Source of the DNA: Candidatus Pacearchaeota archaeon | GTDB lineage: Archaea > Nanobdellota > Nanobdellia > Pacearchaeales > GW2011-AR1 | Length of the DNA: 63,218 bases | Direction of reading: 5' to 3' | NCBI GenBank assembly: GCA_009694725.1 | Contig: SICV01000001.1 | Coordinates: forward strand, 1-63,218 | Shown: piece by piece, positions 7,355-16,990 of the stretch | Layout of the letters: every line of letters begins with the position of its first letter | How positions within the stretch are numbered: position 1 is the first letter of the stretch | Notes under the pieces: generated by a model | What the model saw: the letters and a program-made list of their open reading frames with translations, nothing else | Told to the model about the DNA's origin: nothing | Database searches by the model: none | Program-made: the position numbers and the translations under genes

Positions 7355-10207
7355 ATGGTTGATATAAAGGCGATTCCTGCTGCGATGAAAACATTCTGGC
7401 AGAAAGAACAGGTGTATGAACAGTTACTTGCCCGTAAGGGAAAGCCCTATCGTGTCCTTGAAGGGCCTCCGTATGCGAATGGCGAACCGCACGCAGGACA
7501 CCTGAAGAATACGGTATTCAAAGATATTGCGATTCGTTTGGCTTGGATGCGCGGGTATCAAGTTGCGTTTCAGCCAGGGTTTGATACGCATGGTCTCCCG
7601 ATTGAAAATATGGTTGAAAAGAAATTAGGATTACGCGGGAAAAAAGATATTGCTACCTATGGTGTGGGCAAGTTCATGCAAGCATGTAAGGATAATGCAA
7701 CCCTGAATAAAGATGCCTGGATGCGTGTGTATGAACAACTTGGAAGTGTGTATACGCTGAAAGACCCCTATGTGACGTATGATAATTCATATATTGAAAG
7801 TGGCTGGTGGATGTTTGCCCAAATGTATGCTAAAAAACTTGTGTACCATGGTGAAAAACCAGTTTTGTGGTGCTCGCAGTGTGAAACAAGTCTCGCAGGG
7901 TATGAAGTGACTGACAGTTACAAAGATCTCCAAGATCCTGGCGTGTATCTCTTATTCAAACTGGTGAATGATGATCGATCGATGTTAGTGTATACCACAA
8001 CACCGTGGACGTTGCCGGCGAATGTTGCACTTGCCGTTGCTCCTCAAGAAATGTACGTCACAGTCGAACTCGAAGGGAAAAAAATCATTCTTGCAGAAGC
8101 TCGTCTTCCGCTACTCGATACACTGGGAAAAAAGTATCGTGTCTTGACGAAATGCCTCGGGAAATCCCTCGTTGGTACACAGTATGAACCGTTACTTGAC
8201 GTTCCTCTCCAGCGTTCATTGCCTGCTGAGAAGGCGCATGTCATTGTTGCTTCTATTCCCTTACTGAAAGAACGTGTATCCTCGAAAGTTGCTGCAAAAA
8301 AGGGCGTTACCCAAGGGGATGTCTTTGAGGAATTTGTGACGGTTAGTGAAGGTACGGGCGTTGTGCATGTTGCTCCGGGACATGGTAAAACAGATTATCT
8401 GGTTGGTCAGCATTATCACTTGGCGTGTGTGTCCCCCGTTGATGAACGCGGGATGTTCACCTCTGCGGCGGGGTTCACTGGATTTGTGAAGAAAGCAAAC
8501 ACTGAGATTAGTGCATATCTTGAAAAGGAAGGACGTTTGTTATACCAACAGGTCATTACGCATAGTTACCCGGTCTGCTGGCGGTGTAAGACTCCCCTTA
8601 TCTTTCGTTTGAGTAACCAGCTCTTCCTCAAAGTTGCTCCTGTTAAGAAAATCATTCAGAAAGTCAACACAAAAGTTACCTGGTTACCTGCATTTGCTCG
8701 GGAACGCTTTAATACTTGGGTTGCAAACGCAGAAGATTGGAATATTTCTCGCCAGCGTTTTTGGGGCATTCCCATTCCTTTGTGGCAATGCACGTGTGGC
8801 AAAGAAGTTGTCGTTGCTTCTCAGAAAGAATTAGAGCAGAAGACGAAACAGACGATTACCGATTTACATGTCGTTGATCACCTCACCTTTCCTTGTTCGT
8901 GTGGAAAACCGATGAAGCGTATCGGCAGTATTTTTGACGTCTGGTTTGACTCAGGAATTGTTCCGGGAGCAAGTGTGGGCTACCCTCACGATAACAAGAA
9001 ATTCTTTGAAGAGCATTTCCCCGTTGATCGAATCAATGAAGCGCAAGATCAGATTCGTGGATGGTTTTACTCACTTATGTTTTGTTCAGCTGCAGTCTTC
9101 GGGAAAGCCCCGTATAAAACGGTGAGCATGGTGGGGTGGGTGCTTGATAAAAAGGGAGATAAAATGTCAAAGAGTGCAGGTAACTTCGTTTCTGGCGATG
9201 ATGCACTTGCACAACTGGGGCCTGATGTTTTGCGTTATTATTTCTGCTGGGACTGTGCCCCCTATGATATTCAGAAATTTAATGCGGAATCTGCACAGAA
9301 AGAAGTTGGCAAAATATTTACCATTCTTGCTAACTTGTTGAATCTCTCTCAGCAAGGCAAAGTGATGCGTACTGAACCTGAAGATGCCTGGATACTTTCT
9401 CGTTTGGAAAGCGTGACTCAGGCCTACACTGGGGGGATCGATTCCTTTGAATTGCATACTGCTTTGCATACTCTGTCTGACTTCATTGTACAGGATCTCT
9501 CTCGGACCTATATTCAAATGACGCGCGATCGTGAGCAAGGTGCACTAGTGGGTGTCTGTCTTGCGCGCATTTCACAATTGCTTGCTCCGGTTTCCCCGTT
9601 CTTCGCTGAATATCTCTGGCAAGCATTACGAGAGAAACAAATTGTTGCCGATACGTCTGTTCATCTAACTTCTTGGCCAACAGTTCAGAAAAAAATAATT
9701 AATGAAAAAATTGAACAGACATTCACTCAAGTGCAGAAAATACTGGAAGTGGGATTGCGGAAGCGTGATCAAGCCCATATTGGATTGAAGTGGCCACTTG
9801 CTTTAGCGACGATAACAAGCGAAGCATCTGTTTCAAAAGAAGTGCATGGGCTGATTATGAAACAGTTGAATGTCAAAAAAATAAAGATTGTGAAAGGGAA
9901 AGAGTTTGATGTGGTGCTTGATACAGTGTTGACTCCGGCACTTGAAGCTGAAGGATATGCTCGTGAATTAGCACGTGCACTACAAGCTGCGCGTAAAGAT
10001 GCCGGCTTACAGAAGGGCGATATGATTACGACGACTGTGTTTGTGTCTTCTGAGTTGCAGAAAATGTTGCACGAACACCTTGGATTTCTTACAGAACGTA
10101 CAAATTCCAAAAAATTGCTCTTTTCCGACGAACAGAATGCCCCTGCAGAGGCGATTGTACTCACTGTGCGGGAGAGAAGAATTGTCTTTTCATTTCGTCG
10201 TTGCTGA
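7355..10207 (+). CDS. ileS: Isoleucyl-tRNA synthetase (archaeal/eukaryal type)
   Basis: EGPPYANG-HAGH (HIGH), GFDTHGLPIE, TTTPWTLP, GTGVVH.APGHG, DWNISRQRFWG, DQIRGWF, KMSKS; start moved to ATG 7355. Confidence 0.95.
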   Translation: MVDIKAIPAAMKTFWQKEQVYEQLLARKGKPYRVLEGPPYANGEPHAGHLKNTVFKDIAIRLAWMRGYQVAFQPGFDTHGLPIENMVEKKLGLRGKKDIATYGVGKFMQACKDNATLNKDAWMRVYEQLGSVYTLKDPYVTYDNSYIESGWWMFAQMYAKKLVYHGEKPVLWCSQCETSLAGYEVTDSYKDLQDPGVYLLFKLVNDDRSMLVYTTTPWTLPANVALAVAPQEMYVTVELEGKKIILAEARLPLLDTLGKKYRVLTKCLGKSLVGTQYEPLLDVPLQRSLPAEKAHVIVASIPLLKERVSSKVAAKKGVTQGDVFEEFVTVSEGTGVVHVAPGHGKTDYLVGQHYHLACVSPVDERGMFTSAAGFTGFVKKANTEISAYLEKEGRLLYQQVITHSYPVCWRCKTPLIFRLSNQLFLKVAPVKKIIQKVNTKVTWLPAFARERFNTWVANAEDWNISRQRFWGIPIPLWQCTCGKEVVVASQKELEQKTKQTITDLHVVDHLTFPCSCGKPMKRIGSIFDVWFDSGIVPGASVGYPHDNKKFFEEHFPVDRINEAQDQIRGWFYSLMFCSAAVFGKAPYKTVSMVGWVLDKKGDKMSKSAGNFVSGDDALAQLGPDVLRYYFCWDCAPYDIQKFNAESAQKEVGKIFTILANLLNLSQQGKVMRTEPEDAWILSRLESVTQAYTGGIDSFELHTALHTLSDFIVQDLSRTYIQMTRDREQGALVGVCLARISQLLAPVSPFFAEYLWQALREKQIVADTSVHLTSWPTVQKKIINEKIEQTFTQVQKILEVGLRKRDQAHIGLKWPLALATITSEASVSKEVHGLIMKQLNVKKIKIVKGKEFDVVLDTVLTPALEAEGYARELARALQAARKDAGLQKGDMITTTVFVSSELQKMLHEHLGFLTERTNSKKLLFSDEQNAPAEAIVLTVRERRIVFSFRRC

Positions 10208-10273
10208 ATGACAGCACCCGAAAACATTTAAATAGTCGGAAGAAGTAAAGAGTATAAGGTGATATGACTTCAT

Positions 10274-11083
10274 ATGATTATTAAAGAAGAATTTCTCAGC
10301 AGACTCCGTAAAATCTTTGATTTGAATCTCTATGAGGCTCGCGTATGGACTGCTTTGTTATCTCGCGGTACTTCTACTGCTGGTGAATTGAGTAATATTT
10401 CGGACGTCCCTCGTTCTCGAACCTATGATATCCTTGAAAGCTTGGAAAAGAAAGGATTTATTGTTATGAAAATCGGTAAACCGATTAAATTTGTTGCTTT
10501 GAAACCGGAAGAAGTTGTTGAGCGTGTTAAAAAGAATTTAGTGGTTGATGCACAAGAGAAAAGTAAGCGTCTTGAAAAATTACGAGGTGATGATGTACTT
10601 GAAGAATTGAATGGCTTATTTACCAACGGGATTAAATTTGTAGAACCTTCCGATTTATCGGGAAGCTTACGTGGAAGACAGAATATGTACAATCATCTCG
10701 ATATGATGATTCGAGGAGCAGAACGCACGATTACGATCGTAACTACTGCTGAAGGATTGAATCGAAAGATGGAGATGCTATTACCTGGATTGGAGCGTGC
10801 AAAGAAACGCGGAGTTACTATTCGTATTGCTGCACCGATCACTTCGGCTAACATGAAGATTGCAAAAGATTTGAATAGGGTAGCAGAAGTCCGTAACTTG
10901 GATTCGAAATTAACTGCTCGATTTGCGCTTGTAGATAGCACCCAAGTTATGTTCATGTTATTAGATGATAAGAGCGTTCATCCGAATTATGATGTCGCTG
11001 TCTGGTTATCAACTGAATTCTTTGCCAAAGCAATGGAACAGATGTTTGAACTTGCCTGGAATACGTTTAGTAAAGTACGATAA
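10274..11083 (+). CDS. TrmB-family transcriptional regulator
   Basis: LNLYEARVWTALL...SDVPRSRTYDILESLEKKGF winged HTH plus C-terminal domain; GGTGA RBS upstream. Confidence 0.9.
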   Translation: MIIKEEFLSRLRKIFDLNLYEARVWTALLSRGTSTAGELSNISDVPRSRTYDILESLEKKGFIVMKIGKPIKFVALKPEEVVERVKKNLVVDAQEKSKRLEKLRGDDVLEELNGLFTNGIKFVEPSDLSGSLRGRQNMYNHLDMMIRGAERTITIVTTAEGLNRKMEMLLPGLERAKKRGVTIRIAAPITSANMKIAKDLNRVAEVRNLDSKLTARFALVDSTQVMFMLLDDKSVHPNYDVAVWLSTEFFAKAMEQMFELAWNTFSKVR

Positions 11084-11099
11084 AAGAGTTATCTTCTGT

Positions 11100-11717
11100 T
11101 TAGTGTGCTCGCACTGATTCAATATACGTCCTCATTTGAGCAATTCCTTGGGTTACCGGACCATCATTAGTAATGGGATGAATATAACGAGGATTATGTG
11201 TTTTGACGAGTGCATTAATAGTGTCATATTCTCCCGGAATGTCATGTAATCGTCTTTGAATATCTTCTGTGCTTGCTCCTCTTGCCAACATACGCCTATG
11301 TAATTGTTCTTCTGCAATGGGAAGAAGATAGAGTACGTGCGTGTCCGGTTTCCAGGCTAACATCTTGCGTGTTCCTTGCGGTTCCATAATCAAAAACCCG
11401 TCATGGGTAGTAAGTGTATCCACTATATCACTTTTTCGTAATCCATAGTGGTTCCCTTTATATTCTGCGCGTTCAAGAAGCTCTCCCGAAGTCCAGTCTT
11501 GTTCAAATTCGGTAGGCGTTCTAAACCAGTACGCTTGCCCATTTTGTTCAAAACCATTTCCGTTTATACTTCGAGGTTTTCGTGTTGTTGAGGTAATTAC
11601 TCGCTTCAGAGAGGGAATTCGTAGATCTGCATAGAGCTGATTTTCGCCTGTCACTGCTTCAACAAGTGTCGTCTTACCAGAACCTGAAGGCCCTAACATA
11701 ATAAAGAGGTTGTGCAT
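11100..11717 (-). CDS. gmk: Guanylate kinase-like protein
   Basis: GPSGSGKT, TSTTRKPR, E..G..YWF, LERAEYKGNHYG. Confidence 0.85.
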   Translation of the reverse strand: MHNLFIMLGPSGSGKTTLVEAVTGENQLYADLRIPSLKRVITSTTRKPRSINGNGFEQNGQAYWFRTPTEFEQDWTSGELLERAEYKGNHYGLRKSDIVDTLTTHDGFLIMEPQGTRKMLAWKPDTHVLYLLPIAEEQLHRRMLARGASTEDIQRRLHDIPGEYDTINALVKTHNPRYIHPITNDGPVTQGIAQMRTYIESVRAH

Positions 11718-11767
11718 AGTTTTATCCTTTCTACATATTTAAAAAGATAGCGGATTCTGGAGAAAGT

Positions 11768-12529
11768 ATGAAGTCCTGTTACATTGACATCCACTGTCAC
11801 TTTGAACGATGCTCGGGAAAGGAAGCAATAGCTCGTGCTCAGCAGGCGGGTGTGGGCATCATCTGTACGCAGGGCACCGATGGTGAGACGAATGCACAGT
11901 CGCTTGTATTAGCACACACTTTTCCTGAAGTGAAAGCGTGTATGGGTTTGTATCCAATAATTGCGTTGGAAATGACTGATATAGAAATTGAGGTGCTTTT
12001 GAAAGATATTCGGACGCATGCACGAGACAGTATCGCGATTGGTGAAGTGGGTATGGACTTTAAAGATGATATAACACAGCATGCACGCCAGAAGGAGATA
12101 TTTACGAAGGTCGTACGGCTTGCGCAGGAATTAGATAAGCCCCTCATTGTGCATTCGCGGAAGGCAGAGTTGGCTTGTATTGAGTTGCTTGAGGAATTGG
12201 AGGCGAAAAAAGTTATTATGCATTGTTTCTGTGGGAAATGGAGTCTTGCCCAGCGCATCATTGCGAATGGATGGTATCTCACGGTGCCCACCTCTGTGAC
12301 GCGATCAGAACAATTTCAACGGTATGCGAAAGAACTGCCTTTAACCCAGTTATTCTGTGAGACCGATGCGCCGTATTTACATCCTGATAAGACGGTGACG
12401 ACTCTCTCCAATGAACCGGCATACGTTATTGCAAGCTATGAGGCGATTGCTCGATTACGGGGAATGAAGCTTACCGATGTACGGGATCAGCTATTTGCAA
12501 ACTATCAAACTCTCTGTGCGAAACGTTAA
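11768..12529 (+). CDS. tatD: TatD-family nuclease/hydrolase
   Basis: DIHCH, IGEVGMD, VHSRKA, MHCF, ETDAPYL, NEP. Confidence 0.92.
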   Translation: MKSCYIDIHCHFERCSGKEAIARAQQAGVGIICTQGTDGETNAQSLVLAHTFPEVKACMGLYPIIALEMTDIEIEVLLKDIRTHARDSIAIGEVGMDFKDDITQHARQKEIFTKVVRLAQELDKPLIVHSRKAELACIELLEELEAKKVIMHCFCGKWSLAQRIIANGWYLTVPTSVTRSEQFQRYAKELPLTQLFCETDAPYLHPDKTVTTLSNEPAYVIASYEAIARLRGMKLTDVRDQLFANYQTLCAKR

Positions 12530-12554
12530 AATAGCCCTTTGGACCTTGAAAGGT

Positions 12555-12878
12555 ATGAATACAAGGGTTATCGGGGGGATTCTATTGCTACTTCTTGCGC
12601 TAGCCATAGCCTATGCTTCTACTCGAGATGCAATGCCTCCTGCCTCTACTCGAGATGCAATGCCTCCTGCTTCTACTCGAGATGCAATGCCTCCTGCTTC
12701 TGCACTGCAGTGTGTTCCTGCAACCTGTTGTCATGCGACTGAGTGTGTTTCTGCTTCTGAAGCGCCCCTTTGTGCAGACATTCTGTGTACGCAAGAATGT
12801 GTTCCGGGAACACTTGATTGCGGTCAAGCAAGCTGTCAACCTATCGCTCAAAAATGCGTGGTTGTTCCGCATGCATAA
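12555..12878 (+). CDS. Small secreted/anchored Cys-rich protein with (ASTRDAMPP)x3 repeat
   Basis: Signal/TM, repeat, then a Cys-rich domain (CVPATCCHATEC...CADILCTQECVPGTLDCGQASC); ATG 12555. Confidence 0.8.
   Translation: MNTRVIGGILLLLLALAIAYASTRDAMPPASTRDAMPPASTRDAMPPASALQCVPATCCHATECVSASEAPLCADILCTQECVPGTLDCGQASCQPIAQKCVVVPHA
12614..12701 (+). repeat. 27-bp tandem repeat, 3.3 copies (TGCTTCTACTCGAGATGCAATGCCTCC)
   Basis: Units at 12614, 12641 and 12668, one substitution in unit 2; in frame. Confidence 0.95.
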
Positions 12879-15555
12879 TCGTTTTTTTCTTATACCTTTC
12901 TTTCTTGTGAGTTTTTTTTTACTCGGTATTTTTTTCGCTCATTCTGTTTCCCCTTCTCAAGAAAAAATAGATCCCTCTTTACATGCAGAGGTTACGGATA
13001 ATGAAACGGTGCTTGTGTTTATTCATGATCTTCCCACTCGTTCTGGAAAACGAGCATCTGTTGCCCCCTCTTCATCCGTTGCTCCCGAGCATATTAAATA
13101 TGCATTTGAGGGCTATCGAGCTGCCTGGGTAAATGCGTCTGAACTTATTGCTTTACAAAATGATCCGAGCGTACAACGTGTTGCGCCAGTCGGTGTGCGT
13201 CATATTTTATTGCAACAGAGCGTTCCGTTAATTAATGCTACACTTGTCTATCCGTTACAACAAGCAAGTGTTAATATTACAGGAATTGGGGAAGCAGTAT
13301 GTGTTATCGATACGGGCATTAATTATTCTCATTCTGCTTTGGGTGGTTGTTTTGGTAATAATACTCCTTCATCTCGTTGTAAAATAATCGGGGGATATGA
13401 TTTTGCAAATAGTGATCCTGATCCAGTAGATGATAATGGGCACGGGACACACGTCTCGGGCATTGTGGGGGCAAATGGCAGTATCACCGGGGTTGCACCC
13501 GGCGTCAAATTACTTGCACTGAAAGTGTGTAATTCTGGAGGTACCTGTAGTGATGCCGATATTATTGCAGGGATTAATTGGTGTGTGGGTAATGCAACGA
13601 CCTTTAATATTTCAGTCATTAGTATGAGTTTAGGAGATACCAGTAACCATACAACCTATTGTCACACTGATTCGTTAAGCGCTTCAATTAATACGGCCAT
13701 ACGCGCAAATATCAGTGTTGTTATTTCTGCAGGAAATAACGGCAATAGTACCGCTCTTGCTGCTCCTGCCTGTGTACAAAATGTAACGGTCGTTGGGGCA
13801 ACTACCAAAAGTGATGTGATTGCCAGTTATTCAAGTCGCAGCCCCTTACTTTCTCTGTTTGCCCCCGGAAGTTCGATTAATTCAACCTATGGAGGAAGTT
13901 ATAGTCTCCTTTCAGGCACGAGTATGGCTGCACCCCATGTGTCAGGAGCATTGGCATTACTTAATCAGTATTTTCGTGCACTAGGGATTGTAAAAACTCC
14001 CGCGCAACTGCTGACTATTTTGAATACAACAGGAAAGCCCATCACTGATAGTGCTACAAACAATATGTATTCCCGTATTAACATTTATGCAGCGATTGCA
14101 TCCCAAGGAATTGCGGTTACGCTTCTTGCCCCTGTAGATGGGTTACGTACCACTACTCAAAATCACACACTTTCGTGTAACAGCACCTCGCTTGTTTCAT
14201 TACAGAATGTAACGTACTCCATATGGAATAGCACAGCATTAGTTAATACAACGGTTCGTACCCTCTCAGGTCTGAGCAATACGAGTTTGCTTAACTATTC
14301 ATTTGCCTCGAATATTTTTCACTCATGGAATTGTCAGTTTACGGACAGTTCTAATTCGCAGGCAATTGCTTCTGCAAATTACAGTATTACCTATGATACC
14401 CTTATTCCAAATGTAACGCTCCTTTCTCCCTTGAACGGAAGCGTCTACAATGCCGGACGCTTTAATGTCACCTTGAGTGAAAATGGGAGTTGTCAGTATT
14501 CTCTTTCGGGGGGAGTCATCAATACGAGTTTGAGTTCACTTGATCTTCAGATATTTAATGCGACGAACACTACTTTAATCAACGAACAAAATTACACGGC
14601 TTCTTATTATTGTAATGACACAGCAGGTAATCGCAATACGTCTCTTTCTGCAACCTTTACCATTGATACCGTTGCCCCGCTTGTTACCGCACTTTCTCCT
14701 GCTACAGGATATAGTGCGACGAGTTCTTCTGAAGACATTACCTTCGTCTATCAAGGAAATGACACCCGAAATATTACTTCGTGTCATTTGATTGTGGATA
14801 GCGCTCTCGCCCTTACTAATACGAGCATTACCAATCAATCACTGAATTATTCATTTATTCGGGCATTTACTCCGGGAAGTTATACCTGGTCAATTAATTG
14901 CACGGATATCGCGGGCAATATAGGGAACACGTCCGTTCGTACGATTAGTATTTCTGCTCCTGCTTCAAGTGGTGGCGGAGGCGGAGGGGGTGGCGGAGGT
15001 GGAGGGGGAAGTACTGCTTCTGTTCCTCTTACGGCACCGATATTAGATAGCTCGCTGATGTCGCAGGGCTACACTATGTCGTTGTCTCGAGGAGCTTCGG
15101 TACGCTTCTCATTGGAAGGGGCCCCGGGAGAAACCCATACGTTGCGCATTGATGCACTTGGAAATAATTCCCTCAACCTTACCCTTTTCAGTGATCCTCA
15201 CGCACTTACCCTCTTTGTAGGTGAAGAACGAAAAGTTAACCTGAGCTCATCTTCGCATTACGACCTGCGATTGGTATTGCATGATCTGAAGTTTGGGAAA
15301 GCAAATCTCACGATACAGACGATCTCTGAACCAATGAATCTTTTACAGACGCCCCCTACCACTTCAGTGAATCTTACCACAACTGCGACCCCTGTCTCTT
15401 CCTCCTCTTCCTCTCCTTCCTCTTCCTTTTCTCTTTCAAAACGTATGGTCCTCCTGAGCGTTCTGGCTATACTCTTAGTCATACTTTTATTACGATCTAC
15501 TACCAAAGGAAAAGATGTTCCTTCGTCTAAAAAAACAACGAAGCTTAAGGTTTAA
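12871..15555 (+). CDS. Large cell-surface S8 (subtilisin-like) serine protease
   Basis: Signal peptide from ATG 12871; triad VIDTG, HGTHVSG, GTSMAAPHVSG; Asn/Thr/Ser-rich beta repeats, Gly13 linker (14971-15009), C-terminal TM plus basic tail. Confidence 0.92.
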   Translation: MHNRFFLIPFFLVSFFLLGIFFAHSVSPSQEKIDPSLHAEVTDNETVLVFIHDLPTRSGKRASVAPSSSVAPEHIKYAFEGYRAAWVNASELIALQNDPSVQRVAPVGVRHILLQQSVPLINATLVYPLQQASVNITGIGEAVCVIDTGINYSHSALGGCFGNNTPSSRCKIIGGYDFANSDPDPVDDNGHGTHVSGIVGANGSITGVAPGVKLLALKVCNSGGTCSDADIIAGINWCVGNATTFNISVISMSLGDTSNHTTYCHTDSLSASINTAIRANISVVISAGNNGNSTALAAPACVQNVTVVGATTKSDVIASYSSRSPLLSLFAPGSSINSTYGGSYSLLSGTSMAAPHVSGALALLNQYFRALGIVKTPAQLLTILNTTGKPITDSATNNMYSRINIYAAIASQGIAVTLLAPVDGLRTTTQNHTLSCNSTSLVSLQNVTYSIWNSTALVNTTVRTLSGLSNTSLLNYSFASNIFHSWNCQFTDSSNSQAIASANYSITYDTLIPNVTLLSPLNGSVYNAGRFNVTLSENGSCQYSLSGGVINTSLSSLDLQIFNATNTTLINEQNYTASYYCNDTAGNRNTSLSATFTIDTVAPLVTALSPATGYSATSSSEDITFVYQGNDTRNITSCHLIVDSALALTNTSITNQSLNYSFIRAFTPGSYTWSINCTDIAGNIGNTSVRTISISAPASSGGGGGGGGGGGGGSTASVPLTAPILDSSLMSQGYTMSLSRGASVRFSLEGAPGETHTLRIDALGNNSLNLTLFSDPHALTLFVGEERKVNLSSSSHYDLRLVLHDLKFGKANLTIQTISEPMNLLQTPPTTSVNLTTTATPVSSSSSSPSSSFSLSKRMVLLSVLAILLVILLLRSTTKGKDVPSSKKTTKLKV

Positions 15556-15579
15556 ATAGCGATTTCAAGCGAGTTTTCT

Positions 15580-16146
15580 ATGGAAACAGTCGGTTCATTA
15601 GTTGATTACGGTAATTATGGTCGAGTCTACCGCTTAGCGAGCGATCGCACTAAAGTGGTAAAGATCCCCCATTCTCTTGCACGCATGGATCCCCTCCCCG
15701 GTTCTACTCGCGCACCCCTTTCGTGGTATCGTTTGAATATGCATCCCTCTGCTTCTATCGGCTTAGAACACGAAGGGGTGATTGCGGAAGCATTGAGAAC
15801 TCGTTCTTTTCCTGCCCCTCGTCCTTATCATGTGCAACCCATTCTCTCGCCAGAAGGGGTTTCAACGATCGGCCTTGCATCTGAGTATATTCATGGAACG
15901 GAACTGAATCGTCTTTCACTCGATAGTGTTGCTCAGCAACGTCCGCGTATTGATGCACTGCTTACTCGAGTACAACAAGAAGGATTTACATTTGGAAAGG
16001 ATACCGTGCGGAATGTTTTGTATAATCGAACAGGGGATACTCTGACCCTGTGTGATTTTGGATTTTGGCATTTTAATACTCCCGTTAGGGCGTCTGATTT
16101 TACGTTACTTGACTTTAGTCAGTGGAAAATACCTGGTTTTTTCTAA
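15580..16146 (+). CDS. Protein kinase-like fold protein (divergent)
   Basis: GNYGRVY, VVKIP, EYIHG, D...RNVL, LCDFG. Confidence 0.7.
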   Translation: METVGSLVDYGNYGRVYRLASDRTKVVKIPHSLARMDPLPGSTRAPLSWYRLNMHPSASIGLEHEGVIAEALRTRSFPAPRPYHVQPILSPEGVSTIGLASEYIHGTELNRLSLDSVAQQRPRIDALLTRVQQEGFTFGKDTVRNVLYNRTGDTLTLCDFGFWHFNTPVRASDFTLLDFSQWKIPGFF

Positions 16147-16154
16147 AGGGGTCT

Positions 16155-16613
16155 TTAAACGAACAACCATACTTGTTTCATTCGTGAACGCCAAAGGGGG
16201 CGAAGTGGTTTGGTACGCACTTCTTGAATACCGGTGATCAGTGCGCGATGGGAAATTTCATACGCATGCCCATATGCTCTGTTAATAAGATGCTCCCACT
16301 CAACGACTCGCTGATTTCTCCTCTTTTCGTGAAGTGTAAACGAAAGAGGTTTCTTACTTTCAGATAGTTCTTGATCATAGATAAACGTTGCGTGGTGGAG
16401 ACAGGATCGAGCACTTGTTTCATAGGCTTCATCGAGTATTCTCCTTCGCTCTACCTCATCAAGCCACTTCTGTTCGTTCTGTTCTGCTGCATCATATGCT
16501 CGTTTCCAAGACTCAAATGTCGCTTCAGGATTTCCCTGTGCAGCGTATGCATACGCTTCATTCATCCAGTGAATAACTGCTTGTCTGGTACCAGATACCA
16601 TATCACTAAACAA
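16155..16613 (-). CDS. Hypothetical protein
   Basis: 152-aa ORF filling the intergenic space; start uncertain. Confidence 0.55.
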   Translation of the reverse strand: MFSDMVSGTRQAVIHWMNEAYAYAAQGNPEATFESWKRAYDAAEQNEQKWLDEVERRRILDEAYETSARSCLHHATFIYDQELSESKKPLSFTLHEKRRNQRVVEWEHLINRAYGHAYEISHRALITGIQEVRTKPLRPLWRSRMKQVWLFV

Positions 16614-16668
16614 GCATTTTGTTCTTAAAAAGATACAGATGCTTGCATATATACCAGAAATATTTGAG

Positions 16669-16803
16669 CAAATCCTCTGTAGAAAAAAATGCGGGAGGGA
16701 GGCTCACGAGAACGAAGTTCTCGGATCCTGCACCTCTCTGCTAGAGAGTGTGCCGTATTTGAACCTGTTCAAATCCTCTGTAGAAAAAAATGCGGGAGGG
16801 AGG
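16669..16803. repeat. 34-bp direct repeat of the tRNA-Leu 3' end plus terminator, 101 bp apart
   Basis: CAAATCCTCTGTAGAAAAAAATGCGGGAGGGAGG at 16669-16702 and 16770-16803. Confidence 0.95.
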
Positions 16804-16921
16804 ATTTGAACCTCCGAAGGCACTAAGCCACAAGATTTCTTACAAAATCTTGCTTGCTACTCTTCCTGGTGGAAGAGCGACGTCTTAAGTCTTGCGCATT
16901 TGACCGCTTTGCTACCCCCGC
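16791..16921 (-). tRNA. tRNA-Leu(TAA) with 47-nt intron (16837-16883) at 37/38
   Basis: Exons GCGGGGGTAGC...CAAGACTTAAG | ATCTTG...GGTTCAAATCCTCCCTCCCGCA; BHB central helix CTTA/TAAG with 3-nt bulges. Confidence 0.93.
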
Positions 16922-16990
16922 GCATTCTGAGAACTCAGAAAGCCGTTATAAAGGTTATTGTTTGGAAGGGGCGCTGAGGCATTACCTTTT

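Noticed and set aside
12614..12701. CRISPR array
   Set aside because: The 27-bp units are directly tandem with no spacers, are in frame within a CDS, and no cas genes are present.
12613..12870. N-terminal extension of the 980-aa protease ORF
   Set aside because: It is an alternative-frame read through the upstream repeat gene; the signal peptide starts at ATG 12871.
14971..15009. G-rich repeat as a regulatory or G-quadruplex element
   Set aside because: Explained by a Gly13 linker encoded with mixed synonymous codons.
16703..16756. Non-canonical BHB intron or split-tRNA half
   Set aside because: No bulge-helix-bulge with two 3-nt bulges can be drawn at the junctions, and the intact tRNA lies alongside.
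16669..16803. CRISPR mini-array (34-bp repeat twice)
   Set aside because: The repeat is the tRNA 3' end plus terminator, and the 67-bp gap is too long and structured to be a spacer.
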